A stretch of DNA of 64,000 nucleotides from the NCBI RefSeq assembly GCF_036588685.1, contig NC_086379.1, positions 80,166,001-80,230,000 of the forward strand, read 5' to 3'. This document shows positions 1 to 15,383 of this stretch, piece by piece (positions within the stretch are counted from its first letter, which is position 1; each line of letters starts with the position of its first letter). The stretch comes from Mytilus trossulus. Its lineage: Eukaryota. The notes under the pieces were generated by a model. It had not been told where the DNA came from. It ran no database searches and worked only from the letters and a program-made list of their open reading frames with translations. The position numbers were made by a program, and so were the translations under genes.

Positions 1-3000
1 CTGTCTAGACCGCAAGCATAATTGGATTGACGATAATGATGTAGTTAACGTTAATTAATACGTCTATTCTAAAAGATGGACAATCGTTTTAAATGCAACA
101 TATCTTAATCTTCAATTGCCTTCTGAAAGATTGTCAGAGGTTTTTTAATTGCAGTACTCTTTTTTTTTTTACATTATCGATATATAACATGTATAAAAAA
201 TAAAATCACAAAAATTCTGAGAAAATTCATGGTCGACTGTTAGAGAAAACGTTAAATCAAACTCGGTTTTACGATTTTGTTTTGCAATTTTAGTTTAATA
301 CTCTGCATTAATGCATTCCATATTAATAGCAGACCTACGTACAATAACTCTATATATTTTTCCCCATTACAAATGAACCATCGAATAGAGCTTACAACAC
401 TTTTTTGACGAGAAAGCCCATATAAGTTATACTAAACTCACTTACAGCTGATATTAACCCGAAACCAATGACGAACCAGTCCTATACCCTATATACTCCT
501 GATTTCGTATGCTGATATTAAAATGAAAAACAAGTGTCCACAGATAGGTCTAATGATAGTTAAAGGTATGCTGAGTGTCGATTAACCTAAATGCATAAGC
601 GTCTTAATGATACACATTAGAGTCAATAAAAAGTTACATAACGTATCACCCTGTTTATCATGAATTATGAAAGTAAATCATAGACAGGAAAACTGTTTGA
701 AAAAAACCCTTGTAGTATTTATAAATTCAGAAGAAATTGGTCAGACCAGTTTCAATAAACATGCATCTTTAATAGATATAAAGCAGAAAATTACAAGGAC
801 AAATGGCGACAAGACACGAATAGCTATGGAATCTCTGAGAATTCTGTCGGTGTTTCATCAATTAGTGTTGTCTTTCATACTCTAAATATGACATGTTGCA
901 TACTGATTTCATGACAGAATTGAACACAATTGACTAAGTCTGCAATGAGAGTGTCTGGTAGTTATTTTGCCAATATACGTTCTAGTCACGCACAAAGACT
1001 ATACAATTAGAAGGCAAGCGTTACAAAGAATATCTAGTTATTGAATCAGGTATCGATATTACGTTAAACAAATGGTTATCGTATATATTTTGTACAAGGG
1101 AACGGAAGATTTATGAATTTATGCATTGAAATATCTTAAGATTTCGTATGTCAAATACTGACTGAAAAATTGGTATAAGAATATTAATACAGAATGTATT
1201 GCCATGTTGATTACTATGAGAACTATTCATCAGGTTTAAATCTTTTCTCTTAGCACTGAGCCAACAGAAAGACATCTGTCATTGAACGGTCTTGATACAA
1301 GTTTATGTTTTTGATAAGAGCAAACAAAAAACAGCTTTTAACATTTTCGTACAATTATGCAAAATTTCAAGAATATTCAGCAAGTTCATTCTTATAATTC
1401 ATCGGTACCAACACAAATTTCCCCTTTACAAAACTCGTTGTATCTTTTGTATCATTATAAAAACATGTGTCGCAAAATTGACTGAGTTAATGTTCGAAAT
1501 ACGAAAAAAGTCAAAATCACATATATCCGCATCGTGCCCCTCGACAAAGTTCGATTTGATGTCCTTTTTGGTAATATCAATATAAATAACGTTTTCAACT
1601 TTTATTACTGAGACGGAGTCATTACAAAAGTGGTTTACAAACTGAAATGACCAGTTCGCAAATAGATTTTTTTCTTAATCAATTGAGAATAGCTAATCTT
1701 TAAAAACATTTTCATAAACATGTTTTGGAAATGTAAAAACTTGGTTCTTCATCGACAATTTACCTGAAACAAAACTTATTATTTAAAAACAAGAAGAATT
1801 GGTATGAATACGAATGAGACAATTTTTATCGGAGACTAAGATGACGTAGGAGTAAGCATTATAGGTCACCGTACGGCCTTAAAAATTACACAAAGCCACG
1901 TCACAGCAATCTACAAAAGACACATATTACCTAATTATACATCTTAGATTTTATAATAATACGTGGTATTATAAAAAATCAAAGCCGGTTTACTCCTAAT
2001 AGTTCATTAGTTTGAAATTTGGAACACTGATTCAATTGAAAAAAAAAAATTATAATGTATTTCGTTTCGGCTGGCAAAGTGAAAATCATATCATGAAAGG
2101 CTTAAATGTATTTTTAACATTTTCAGAATGAACAGATTAGTTGATTTCATAAAAAGAGTCTTTCTTACATCACATATAAATTAAGAGAAACGGCAATTTT
2201 TGAAAACTTCCTTTTGAAAAGGCATGTTACAATAATCATATTAATTCTTTCAATCTTCACATGTTAACAAGAGATAGTATTCAGAATTATATCATTTTAA
2301 TTTCATCGATGAAGTCAAGGATATGCGGGTTTTTCTCACGTTTTATGTCATCTGTTGTTTTATTTTATAACTGCACGTTCTAGCTGCACTGGTTAGATGT
2401 ATGCCTCACATAACTTGATCAATCTTGGAAGTGATTGCTATTACGAGAACATTGCAAATGTAATATTGGATTGACACAGCTGTCAAATGTTTCCATAAGT
2501 CAATTTAAGGCTTGTAGTTACGCAGTGAAATCTCGTTATTACAGACATATAACGGGTTTATGGCTCCTATAAAATGTTTGGCATACATGAGTGGAAGCTG
2601 ATATCAATTTACACGGAATCAGAAAAGTAGGACATACTTTGACTTCAGGTATCTTGACAAGTCGGTTTATGCTGATTGCATGCTTAATGAAATTAACATT
2701 AGAAGTTTATTTAATTTCGTTAAAAAGGAAACATTTTTGATTTTTATTAACCTTTAAAAACTGTGAAATACGATACAATTAACATAGTCATGGCCGGCCA
2801 TCTTTATAGGGCACATGTACGTTTAAGGATCTGCACTTATAAGAATTAAAACTGACTGTTTGTTTAACTTTCGTTTACAATTTCATTCCAAACCTACATT
2901 GTGGGTAAATATGTATTCTCCACTTCAGCGTACAGTTGGGAATATCAGGGTTGTGTATTTTACCATTTCTGATCATTGTCTGACATATTGATATTTTGCT

Positions 3001-5334
3001 CGCTTCCGCTGATAACTGAGAAGATAATTGAAAATACTTCTTGTCAATATTTAAACATAAATAGTATTATCTTGTATTATATTTCAAGTAATCGTGCAAT
3101 CTTCGTAATAATTTCATGTAATGCAATTTTGCTAATGTATTTTAATTTTTTAAAGGAAGCAGGGAATCACCGTATTTTATCCACTGTTAACATTTAAATT
3201 TGCGTTTTCTTTAGCAAGGAGTGATTTTCTATATATTATGATAAATGTTTTCCCAAAATTTGATACATGAGGAATTTACAAAATACAGAAACTTAAAAAT
3301 ATAAAATTTATAAAAAAACATGAAAGTAATAAAATACACTTACGTTTTTTCCCCTAGAAAAATGTTATAGTGTGCATAAAAAACAGAAAAGGCTAACATA
3401 TTCCATAGCTCTTTGAAAAATGTCTAAATATCTCCAATTTTGCAGGTCGTCCGTCAATACTTTATCCATAACCAGTAAAATAAATGTGATTTGAACTTGA
3501 TGGAAGTTTATATATTCGTAAAGACACACTGGCTATTAAAATCATGTTCACCGATTTTATCAAATTCTCATATTTGATTTACATTTATCTAACCTATTTT
3601 AAGTCTAAAATAAACAATATACAGAGCACGGGCATGAAAATACGTAGCTTCATGTGTATTTTACTCTAGACGCAATCTAATTAATTATCGAGTTGACCTC
3701 TAAAGTCATCCGATGACAATATAATCTATGTAAACATAAACATAGATATAAATAGATGAAGAAAACTCGTGCTGTCGGATTATTCTAGATGAAACATAAA
3801 TGTTTATCATCATTTTTACCTGTATAGAATTGATTTTTTATAGATCAAATCAGTCAATCAAATGATTTAACTTTGTGTCACTTTCAATGTTGACATTCAT
3901 TTCCTTTAAATAACTTTACACATACAATTCATGTGGTATTCATCTCAAGTTAAGGGGTTAAATTGAGGTTCAGTTGAATACGGATTTAAGAAGGTCGAAT
4001 TATTCACTTACAAGGGAATAATTCATTATCAATGTTTTTTAAGCTTGTTTTGAGAAAATTGAAGCATACTGGATGCTAAAATCGAATTATTATTTCAGTA
4101 TTAATTTTATTAATAATTGAGCAAAAAAAAAAAAAACAACATTTGCTTTTTTTGTATTTCGCAGCTTATGCCCCTTTAAACACTATATTGGTCCAAGGAC
4201 ACAGTTATCGTCCTTTGGTTTTCGTTGTCTACGAATATAGTCCCTAGTGTAAACAGTCTATAACTTGCATGTTTTATTTGATACACTTTCCCAAGTTATT
4301 TCTTGATATTAAATGCATGAAATATTAAGTAGGGGGATGTAATTAAATGTTTAAAAAATTTGGGTGCTGAATCTTTATGTTAAGTAGTGATTTGGTCCAG
4401 TTCCAAAAGGTAAAATTTTATCACGTCTGAAGCTGTCAATCTGAATTTTACACCCCCTTAACACAGAATTGTCAATATTTTGAGTTAGAACTGGGAGAAG
4501 TTTCTATAGTTTTGATATTATTTGTCTCACTAGTAGTACACTACACTGTAAAAATCTTTTCGAGAAAGAGCAGGTGCGATTTTTTTTAATTTGAATTTAT
4601 TGTCTTAAAGAAATGCACAAGTGCACTACGAAATATTTGTGTTCTCGGGCCTTATATCGTGTATTTTAAATCAAAGTTTCTGAATATATTTTGAAAGCTT
4701 ACACCCCATTTCCTTTCTCAATTTTAAATAAGAAGATGATATATGATTTCCAATGACACAACTCTCGAACTGAGACCAAGTGACATATAATCTAAATATC
4801 ACCGTTTGCCCTTCAAAAATGAACAATTCTTTACCGCGTATTCAGCTATAAAACGAACCGTTACGACAATTGTAAAACAATTGAAGCGAGAAATGGCCTG
4901 ATAAATGTACAAAATAATGAACTTAAACAAATATGACTACATTACGCACCAACGAATAACAGGCTCCTATATTAGGGCATGCACATACAGAACATGTCGA
5001 CATATGAATAACTTATAGGGTTCGTGTTGTTTATTCTTTGGTTTTCTATGTTGTGTCATGAGTACTATTGTTTGTCTATTTGTCTTTTTCATTTTTAGCC
5101 ATGGCGTTGTCAGTTTGTTTTAGATTATGAGTTTGACTGCATTTTGGTATCTTTCGTCCCTCTTTTATAAAAAGCAGATGAAAAGCGCTTAACTCATCAG
5201 ATCAGTACACAGTTATTTCAAAGCCAACAACTACTATTAACAAATCATGTATCTAAGACTATAATATCAAATACATTCAAAATCCAATGTAATTTCATTC
5301 AATTACATAAGTAGCAGATGATGTTTTTTTTTAC

Positions 5335-5363
5335 AAAAAAAAAAAAAAAAAAAAAAAAAAAAA
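5335..5363. repeat. Poly(A) run of about 29 nt
   Basis: Read directly from the sequence. Confidence 0.9.
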
Positions 5364-5985
5364 CAGCACCGAAGTTTGTAGCAGCTGTTTACATTGCATA
5401 TATTTGTTATCGTAGATGTGGGTATCTTTACATATAAGTTATTGGAAATACAACGACCTCTTGTCGACTTCTATATCTTAACTAATTTAGTTCATCTAGA
5501 AAGTGGTTTATAATTTCGTTCTCCTATTTCCAAGCAGTGACGTGTAGATCTATGATTAGTTTTTAATAATACTTTAAGATCTATAGTGTGTTGAACTATA
5601 ATGCTGTTCGGTTCCCTTTCAAGAGAATTGTTATTGTGAAATAAAATTCCATGAGTAACTATCAAGCATCACGGAAAAGGACAATCAGTGCGATTCTTAC
5701 ATGTACGAAAATATATGTCATTAAAAAGAAATATCACAAAAATACTGAAGTCCGAGTAAAATTCAAAACGGGAAGTCCATATTTAAACGACAAAATCAAA
5801 AGCTGAAACACATCAGACGAATGGATAACAACTGTCATATTCCTGACTTGGTACAGACATTTTCAAATGTAGAAAATGGTGGATTGAACCTTCGAGCAGC
5901 GGTATACTATTGTTGCCTTTATTTGATTTTGATTAGATATATGACAAATTGTTTATTTCCCCTCCTTATCATTGTATTAACTTAC

Positions 5986-6156
5986 TTCGGTAACCTCTTT
6001 TTCCAAATCTCGCCATACAACAAGTCTTTCATTACTTTCACCATCAAAATCTTTGAGTTGATAAAGTGCGTGACCAATCACATTATGCCGTTTATGACGA
6101 TCAACGTCGTATACTGTAAATTTTAATACTCTATCCTGAAGTGTTCTGTGGGAAAC
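5986..6156 (-). CDS. SYT15: Synaptotagmin-15-like, C2A exon 3 (VSHRTLQDRVLKFTVYDVDRHKRHNVIGHALYQLKDFDGESNERLVVWRDLEKEVTE)
   Basis: Acceptor tttatttgtag|GTT and donor GAA|gtaagt; 171 nt, phase 0 to 0. RVLKFxVYxVDR and WRDL close the C2A domain. Translated by hand. Confidence 0.95.
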
Positions 6157-6250
6157 CTACAAATAAAACGTTTCACAGATGAAAATCTTTTATGGCTTTT
6201 TCTTACTAATTGTTTTCAAGTATGTGTTACTAAATCACATGCATAATTCA

Positions 6251-6427
<177 letters not shown>

Positions 6428-7156
6428 TTAGTAGCCATTGCACTTTACAGACAAAATACATTATAAATTCAAAATTTTGATTGTTTAAATAAATGTGGCA
6501 GCTTTACCCCTCATATATTTAAGTTTACAAAATATTTCATATTATGTACGCTGATCAAGCGGAGCCAGAATAGATTGTTTTACGTCATTTGTGATGAACT
6601 GTAGAAAACCCCTCATAGATGCAGTATGCTGTGGTTGAAATTTAATCAAGTAAACATTATTGTGTACGTGAACATTATAGGCATATTGTTTAGATATCTG
6701 TTATTGTTGAATTCCTTGAAGACTTAGGGTAATCTAGATCTTAGATTATATACGTCTATCCTATTATTTGTTCTGTTCAAATTCTATGTAGAAAAAGAAA
6801 GAAGACCCGCCAGAACCAAGTGCATATTTAAACATACGTAACCTCGTTAGTGATTGTTTATTGTTATATCTTATTGATTTCTTACTTTAGGGAAATTTGT
6901 GTTGATATATGTTTTGGTAAATAGGTTCTAGTACAACATCTTTTATCATTAACTAAGAAAATTCAAATAACGAGAAAACTGCAAGCTTGATTTGTTGAAA
7001 TGGCAGATTTACTTGTTATTCATTTCACCAGGTTTAAGCATTAACGGTAAGTAATAAACAAGAACAGAACATACACAACTGGAAAAGCAGAGTTTATCAA
7101 ATAAGAAAACCAAATAAATCCTCAGTTTGTCGTTGAGTGTTCATTTTATATGAAGT

Positions 7157-7328
7157 AAATAGTTATCAAAGGTACCAGAATTATAATTTAGTACGCCAGA
7201 CGCGCGTTTCGTCTTCATAAGACTCATTAGTGACACTCATATTAAAATCTTTTTAAAAGCCAAACATGTACGAAGTTGAAGAGCATTGAGGATGCAAAAT
7301 TTCAAAAAGTTGTGCCAAATACAGCTAA
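7157..7328 (-). mobile_element. Retrozyme fragment (subfamily 2); hammerhead at 7193-7236 with core G5-to-A change
   Basis: Minus strand GUGUCA CUAAUGA GUCU-uauga-AGAC GAAA CGCGCG UC UGGCGU; terminus AATAGTTATCAAAGGTACC on the plus strand. Confidence 0.8.
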
Positions 7329-9003
7329 ATGAGAATATACGTAGTAAAATGGTTCAAAAGGTTATATTGCAGGAAAGAAAGATGCGACTTTCCAGACAAA
7401 GAAAATCGATTACTCAACACTAAAAGGGATAGCATCTGCAGAATTCAAGATGAGGAGGTGTCGATTGGTGATGAAATTACAGTTACTAATTTAATACTAT
7501 TGCAACAACATATCAATTGAAAAATAGTTTGCAGCTCAAACTGAGAAAAAAGTATATCAGAAACAAGATTTACATTTCATGTTTGTTTCAAATATATTAT
7601 GTTCAAAAGCCAAAATTAAAACAGACAACATGTTTTAAAATAATAAAAAAAGATACAAAAATAAAAAGTCCATCCGAAATTCGGAACTTGAATATACCAG
7701 ACATGACAATGACATATAACTTGTATGTATTTTTCAAAACAATATAAAATTCCCTTTAACGTTTGCAAATTGAATCAGAAAGAAGATTTACTGAATTCAA
7801 GCTATTTTTTCTTACATCAAATGGATTTGTATTTCTATAGTAAGTATGATTGCATAATAACTGATACGATAATTTGAATCAATTGGATAACTTGTTTTAA
7901 TTTGGAATTCAGATATAATAATATCAATAAAAGTTCATCAACCCATCTTTTCTTTCATCGACATGAAACGCAAAATAGTATAACAAGTAAAACTGCCGTT
8001 TCCACAAATCAAACTTGCAGTCAGAAAATTAATTTCTTGGTTTGAAGAGAGAACATTTTACTACTGATTACATACACTTGTAAACTGTGGATTTATAGAG
8101 AGAGAGTTATCGTAACTTTTGATCGAATGACATAACAGATAAAAATATGACTGACATTTTAATTGAAACGTAGTAATTTCCCGATGGAAATTCATAAATC
8201 AACAATAATATGTTTGCTAGAATATTGATGAGAGAAGATAACGGATATTTGAATATTCATTTAAGACATATTATTTTTATAAGGGACTTTCCATTTTTAA
8301 TTTTTTTCCTTGGAATTTGGTATTTTTGTTATTTTACATTTTAATGAATTTGGAGAAAAACATATAACCATGTATAAAGGCAACAATAGTAAACCGCTGT
8401 TAAAAAGACAAACAGCGGTTGAAAGAAAACAAATCTGGGTAACGAACTGAAACCGAGGGTACACATCAAATATAAGAGAATTACAATGAAGTGCAAGAAA
8501 AACAGACGCGATTATACAAAGAAACGGATTATTTGAAAACAACTGCATAACAGTAGAGAATAAAAACAAAGACTTGTTGTAGAATTACAATTCTATGTCT
8601 GATCCTGGCGTTTGTCATATAATGATTTTGATTGTCATGGGTGTCCTGTTACTTTTTTACACATTAAGGAAATTATACAACCGATGTATTTTTCATAAGT
8701 AAATCGAGTTATTTTATCGATTTTCACCTTGGCCGGATATAACCTGTTTTAAAATTATTCTTATCAGTCCGACGCATTTCATATTATTTCCATTTTTTTT
8801 TTAACTATATGATATCTAGCAAGTTTGTATTTGATTCCTGCCAGTAGTTACGCATTTAAGCGAATTTAACCACTATACTAGAGAAGCCGTCAGGTACTGC
8901 ATGTATAGCAAGACACAGCAGGAGCACTTGCTATCATGTGCGTTTGTGATGTTAGTTCTACGTAAAGAAAAGTATAGAAAATATCCAACTCAAAGGTTAA
9001 TGT

Positions 9004-9282
9004 GAGGTGTTACATAACACTACAGGGGGATAACTCTGTAAAAATCAGATGAATGTTTAAATCATGTCCGTTTTATAAGGAGATAGTAAGCTTCTCAAAG
9101 ATCAAAATTAGTGTTTGTCAAACTGCTATCTATCCATTTAAATGTTTACGATAAAGTATGTGGTTCAAGATTTTTGAAACTTGTATATGTTGGTCAAAGG
9201 GTTAAAGTAAATATCTTTCGTAATTGTATAAAAATTAAACAAAGCCAAATTAATCTTAGTCAAGGTGTTTGGGACTACCATA
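9004..9282. mobile_element. Decayed non-autonomous DNA element with short imperfect TIRs
   Basis: AGGTGTTACATAACAC on the left versus the reverse complement TGGTAGTCCCAAACAC on the right; termini are degenerate and there is only one copy in the window. Confidence 0.35.
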
Positions 9283-11302
9283 AAGACGGGCAAGTCCACA
9301 TAAACTGACAACAGCAAATGTGATCAATCAACGGAACGTGAGAAAAAAAACAATTGTTAAATTCCTGACAGATATTTCTCTAGCAAAATTATGGTTTCAA
9401 CCTAGTTTTTATATCCAGCCAAACCTCCCACTTGATAGGAAGACAAGCACATCTTAATTGTTATTACAAGAAATAAAGATGTGACTCTCAACATGAAGAA
9501 TCGATAACCGGACACTATTAGCAAAAACTTCCGCAGAAGAAAAGGCGAAGAGGCGTAAAGAAACGCTACAGTTACAGTAATCATTCAAAAAAATGTGTAC
9601 GCAATAGTTTAGGATTCTTTTGATGTAATAATTAATGGTAAATGAAATACATTTTAAACGACCATCTGCAAACCTGCATTTATTAAAAAAATCTTTTCGA
9701 GTAGCTTTGGTTTATTACTTAAAGATGCAGTGCTAAGTAAGAAGCACTCTTCCGAAAAACTTATATTTATGAAATATAAGTATAAATATTCTTTTTTTTT
9801 TTTAAATCCCTCATTTTTTTTTAAAATTTTTTAACCGCTTATATTTTAAAATATTGCGTTCCTCCTACTTGATCGAACTTTGAAGTTTAATTTTGTGGTT
9901 ATTATTTACTTTTGCGAAAGAAAAGAATCTATTTTTATAATTTAACGAAATTTTAGATATAATAACACATAGAAGCAAATCTAACTTTGTCAGAAAACCA
10001 TTTTGAAACAATAAGAATAAATGAAAAAAAATATTTTACAAAAAAAAAGTGAATAATTTACAGTACAAGTTTATTATTTTACCAACTGAAATACCAATAT
10101 CCATCATTTATCTTTACATCGCATTTAATTAAAAGAATATATAAAACTAATGGAACTGAAGATTTTGTTTCATAGCTTCAGTTGAAATTTAAAACTGAAA
10201 AATAATTATCCGTAGGTTTGTCATCGACATTTTACTAATAATTACTTTACTATTGAGACACACTGAACATATGTATGGCTTTTCTCTAACGATATTTTCA
10301 GGCTTTAAAGCAAGATTTCAGCATCATAAATACTTTGGACTCGAATCAGTTCAAACATTGACATTTAAATTTGAAACATGACTAAACTTTCATTTCTGTT
10401 TTTAATTCTGTAGACAAATTGACATTTGTTTGAGATTTTGTAAAAGTGTTTTGTGCACTCAACAGTGTTGCTGTATAAAATCTGCTTCGAAATTTAAAGA
10501 TAATAAAAATAGCGTGAAAACACAAGTGCTGTATCCAAATTTAAAAAGAGAGGAACAAGATACCAAAGGGATATTCACACACATGTTTTAAACAACGACC
10601 GAAAGAAAAAAAAGAGTCAACAAATAACAACATAGAACACCTAAGCTGCGCAAAATGGACACATAAAAACCACGATGTTTTAAGTAACTGAATAGTCTAT
10701 TTGAACGTGTTTTTGCATTGTAATTGCGAGGATAACATGTTGTCTGTGTAATGTTTTGATGTCTTTTTTTATTGTATTTCTCTTTTTGCACTTTTGTGTT
10801 AAACTGTCTATGACATATGTTTTTTGTATGATTTGAAATCTTCACATCTATTTATTTTTATATTATGCACAATCGGTTCTAATTATTGTCCTGAGTATTC
10901 ATGAAATATTTATCATTTGATTTTGAGTGACGAAAAAATATCATAAAAAAAGGCATCAAAGTAAAGATACTGCATGTTTTAATTTAAAAAAAAATGTCAT
11001 AAAGCGGGAGGTTTGGCATGCCAATCAACCCGGTTCAACCCTCTATGTCAAGAATATGGTAGTTGTTATCAAATAGTTTGTTACTTTTTGTGTTGGAGTT
11101 TTTTTTGTTGCAATTCGGTGTTCCTCTCGTTTCTTTGAATTCTTCTTATAGTTGATGCCTTCCCCTCGGTTTTGGTTTGTAATCCGAATTTATTTTTCTC
11201 AATCTATTTATAACTTTTGAACATTGTTATACTACTGTTGCTTTTAGTGACAATCCTAGCTTTGGTTGATAAAGAACATAAATTTTGCAACACAAGACTT
11301 AC

Positions 11303-11513
11303 CTGACAAATGGATCACAGCTACTATTGTTTCCATATTGACGAGTTGGTAAATTTTTGGATTTTATTAAAGTCACTAGTAATTTTTCTGTCTCTCTTTC
11401 ATATTCAACAGCAAACCACAAACGGCCTATATGATCTATGGGTATTTCATAAGTGTCATCCTCATCAACAATTTTATACAAACTTGGGTCTATTGATCCT
11501 AAGGCATATGCAC
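11303..11513 (-). CDS. SYT15: Synaptotagmin-15-like, C2A exon 1 (GAYALGSIDPSLYKIVDEDDTYEIPIDHIGRLWFAVEYERETEKLLVTLIKSKNLPTRQYGNNSSCDPFV)
   Basis: Acceptor tttattttag|GT and donor AG|gtaagt; 211 nt, phase 1 to 2. Carries the GxIxPxLY and GRLWFxVEY motifs typical of SYT15 C2A. Confidence 0.95.
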
Positions 11514-14500
11514 CTAAAATAAAGTAAAAAGGGGATGTCAGTTGCATGGAACCTTTAATTCTGCTGACCTCTTTAATAAATATTTTGAAAACTCTAATCC
11601 TAAATTACATGATTTATAGTAGCCTGTTTTTCTTTCAAACTCCTTTGCCCATATCTATATAATGTCTAGTTTCGCACAAATAGTTTCTGGAAGTTCAGGT
11701 TGAAAAGTTTCTTAGTTTCTAGTGTTTATAAATGAAAATAAAAAAAGGAAAGCCATAAGTGTGAGCATGCGACATTTTTAACATCTGTTATCATGTTATT
11801 TATATAACTATGTGTTTTTAACTTATTTTTTGTTCCAGTTATTTTTCAGGTGTTGTTGTTTTAAGCATAGGTTATCTTGTAGAATAAGTAAAGTTATGTT
11901 TGATATAGATTAACATGATAAGTGACACGGCCTTTGTAACTTACAGAAGCATGTCTACTCCAAACTGTTTGCATGTACAAGTCCTTTAGTGTGGGTGATG
12001 TTTGCAAACATTCATACTTGTTTGCAAAGTAATAGTTATTTCATTGTTCGAACATTCAACCTGGAATTGAAAGCGTATGTGGTAATTTTAAATTGTACAC
12101 TCCAAGAGAACGTGAGTTGAAAGGGTTGACAACAGGTCATTTTTACCGATCTAATTGAAATGGATAAATCATTAAAAAGATTTATCATGCCTGCTTTTAT
12201 CTTTATATGTTCTTTTATGGCGCTGATAACGACTACCTTGTGGTCATCTGTCAATGCCATATTAATAATAAACATATATTCGAACTTATTAGCTCATTTT
12301 TCTTCTGATCAAATATTCTATGATAAATGATCAAACAAGTTTAAATATGAAATGAATGTCTTATCTTTATCATTGCTGTACGTTAATGGTACTTCAGGAT
12401 GATAGCTGCTGAGTTATAAATCGAATACATCATTGTCTTTAGCGTTGTTTGACTTTTATTTTCATAATGACCTCTAGAGACTAGTCTAATAACGCTCAAA
12501 GTGAAAGTAAACTTTAAATCTTTATTTTTATCCATTATCAATGTGTAGTCCGTTGTTCACTTTTTTGGCTTTAGAAGTCACAACCTTCAAAGATGTGCAG
12601 CCAAACTGAGAAACGGAAGGTCAGGCATTTTTACAAGAAATAAAATACAATCGTGAGTGTCAAACACAAGTGGGCCTTACCATAAAACTAAAATATCAGA
12701 ACACAACTTTTCCTAAGACATTTGCAAACTTAGTCTCACCCTAAATTTAAAATGACGTAAATTCTTAACTAAGAATTTACGGTCAGAATGTATATTTTTG
12801 TTCATGCTCATAGACTGACGTGGTTAATGATCTCGGATGCATTGTCTTTCTGCAGCAGTACTGACATAGTCGAAATGATAGTGATGTGTCATGTCCAAAA
12901 TGAAGACAACCAGTGACAACACAGTTCAAACAGGCAATCAGTCAAATCCAAACCCCAATATTCTTTATAATAATTACATTCGCTACCAATCAGTTATGTG
13001 TTATTTTCAAAGAAGAAGTTAATGAAAAGTAAAATCACAAATATACTGAACTCCGAGAAAAATTCAAAACGGAAAGTCCCTTATCAAATTGCAAAATCAA
13101 ATGATAAAATACATATAACGAACGGACAACAACTGTCTAATGTGTCTATATGTGCATTTAGTATTTATTCAAAATATGAAAAATCAGATTTCTCATATGA
13201 AACAAATATTGATTGTATTTTTTTAATAAACTGACTGGCTAGAAAGTAGAGATATGACAGATCACCACATGATTTTCAAAATTGAGCATATGTATGTGCA
13301 GTATGCAAAATATTATACCAGGCACATAGGTAGTACTTTTTACAAAAGTATCTTGTTGTAATGAACATGTCTGTTTGATTATTATTTTTCTAATTAAACT
13401 CATTGGTCTCGTACAAAATAATCCATTAAGGACCCCTGACTAATAACATTTTTCTTCCAGTGATGGTACGAGAATTGTCTCGACAGGTTAAAAGCTTTAT
13501 TTTGAAATTTGATAAATCTTAAAAAAATATTATTTGAAAAAAAAATGAAAAAAGTTACTCTTCATTGGATTCGTAAAATTGTTTTTCATATATTTCTTGA
13601 ACTTCACTTTCCATTAATTGGTTGTTAACTATCCTACTGTAGATCAATATAGGTATTTTGTCTTGCCGAAGTACACTTCAGTATAATTGAAAAAGTCTAT
13701 ACACTACCAGTGTCCTTGATCAACACTACAGTGGCTTCAAAACAGAATTACAAATAGAATTTTAGACACAAATGAATTCTTTTTGTATGATTTCCTATTT
13801 AATTTTAGTTCACTTAGAAGGTTGAAATTTAGTATGACGTCCATTTTCATTAAACTAGTCTCTTTTTTTTTTTTATTAAAGTGCCGGCTAAGGTTTTATC
13901 GCTGTGTTGAAGACCAATTGGTGGCTTTCGGCTGTTATCTGCTCTTTGGCCGGGTTGTTGTCTCATTGACGTATTCCCCATTCTCTATTTTATCTTTTTG
14001 AAAATGAAACTGAAAAGTTTTTATCAAAACACAATGCCGTTTAGCTGGTGAATAGAACACATATTCTGCCGACATTAGCCATGTACGTCAAATTTATAAG
14101 GACGTCAACTCCTGTTTTACTTGAATCTTTTTCTTCTCTTTACGAAAATTCTACAGTAACAGATAAACAGATATGAGTTATTTAACAACATTGAATATCT
14201 TGTTCGTGTAATTTTCTCTGAACGGATGATAATTGGTTATACATTTAAAAGCCAAATTAGTTTATCTTATTCATGTTCCCAAATGCTTCGATACTAGTAT
14301 ATAATGAACAAAATAAATAAAAAAACTCAAGTCACTTTTTTAAATTCTGTAATAAATGCACAATAAAAATACTTTAAACAAGAAACAAGTATTTCTTAAA
14401 GACTGCATCACAGTTTGTCCCTCTTGTTGCAGATTAAACAATGAAGTTAAGAGAACTAGTAACTAGATAATCGATTTATCGTTTTATTCCCGAGTCTATT

Positions 14501-15341
14501 TGTCTTACAATATAATGCATCCCTGATTTGAAACATTACCATATGAAAAGATAACCATTCCAGATTATTATGTAGATTAAAGTTACAAGCAGGGTATTAT
14601 TAGATGTTAAAACTAGTATGTCCTTAGTGCAATATAAAAAACAAATAAGAACGCATGATCTTTGAAAAGATACACAGTTTTACTAGTGGTATCCTCCTGT
14701 TACCCAAAAAGAGTAAATATTATGTGACTAGTCGCAGAAAGTGATATCACTATTGAGGAAGGAGGACATGATTGTTGCTACGACATTAAGTTGAACTTGG
14801 TAATATGTGAAACAGATATTTAATAACTGTCAACAAAATTATGATTGCGTACATATAACCTTCAAAGGGATGATAAAATGTTCGCCATTTAAACCCTTGG
14901 TATAATTTTTCAATGTTAGTGAAAACCGTCCATGATAAGAAACGCATATTTCAAATATAGCATTGAGTGGGCCATGCAAACTCCATATGCCGGCGTCACT
15001 GACATGTTTTCTCATAAAAACTCTTTCTTGATGACAATGCAAAATTGTAATCTTATGTCCTAAAATATATTTCTTAACAGAACCTATTAACAATTTCTTG
15101 ATATGAATCAAGATACCTACCATAAAATCTGTACATTTTTACTCACAGTTGAACGGAAAAGATGCAACCTACAGAGTTAAAACCAAATATTTATATTTAT
15201 TCAATGACAGGACAAGGTTTCAAGTCCGTCGGCAAATTTGGCCTTAGATTAATTTGGATATATTCAGGTTCTTTTTGTTCATTTAACTCTTCAACTGTTT
15301 AAGTTATCATACATTATTTGCTTTTAAATATTGCGCTTTGG

Positions 15342-15383
15342 ACGTTCCTGTTGAAGGTACATCCAGAAACGCGCTTCGAACGC
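15342..15383 (+). ncRNA. Variant hammerhead-like motif (second family), decayed
   Basis: ACGUUC CUGUUGA A-GG-uacau-CC-A GAAA CGCGCU UC GAACGC; a homologous copy lies on the minus strand at 41655-41694. Confidence 0.5.

Noticed and set aside
446-511. Possible 66-nt exon (cag|...|gtaagt) and an acceptor at ~122 giving KAIED*, as alternative C-termini lacking C2B
   Set aside because: Both hit a stop within 10 codons and have no homology; they cannot be told from chance splice-like words without RNA data.
3400-4179. Possible TTAA-targeting DNA element ending GCAGCTTATGCCCCT-TTAA
   Set aside because: The matching left terminus was not found, so boundaries cannot be supported.
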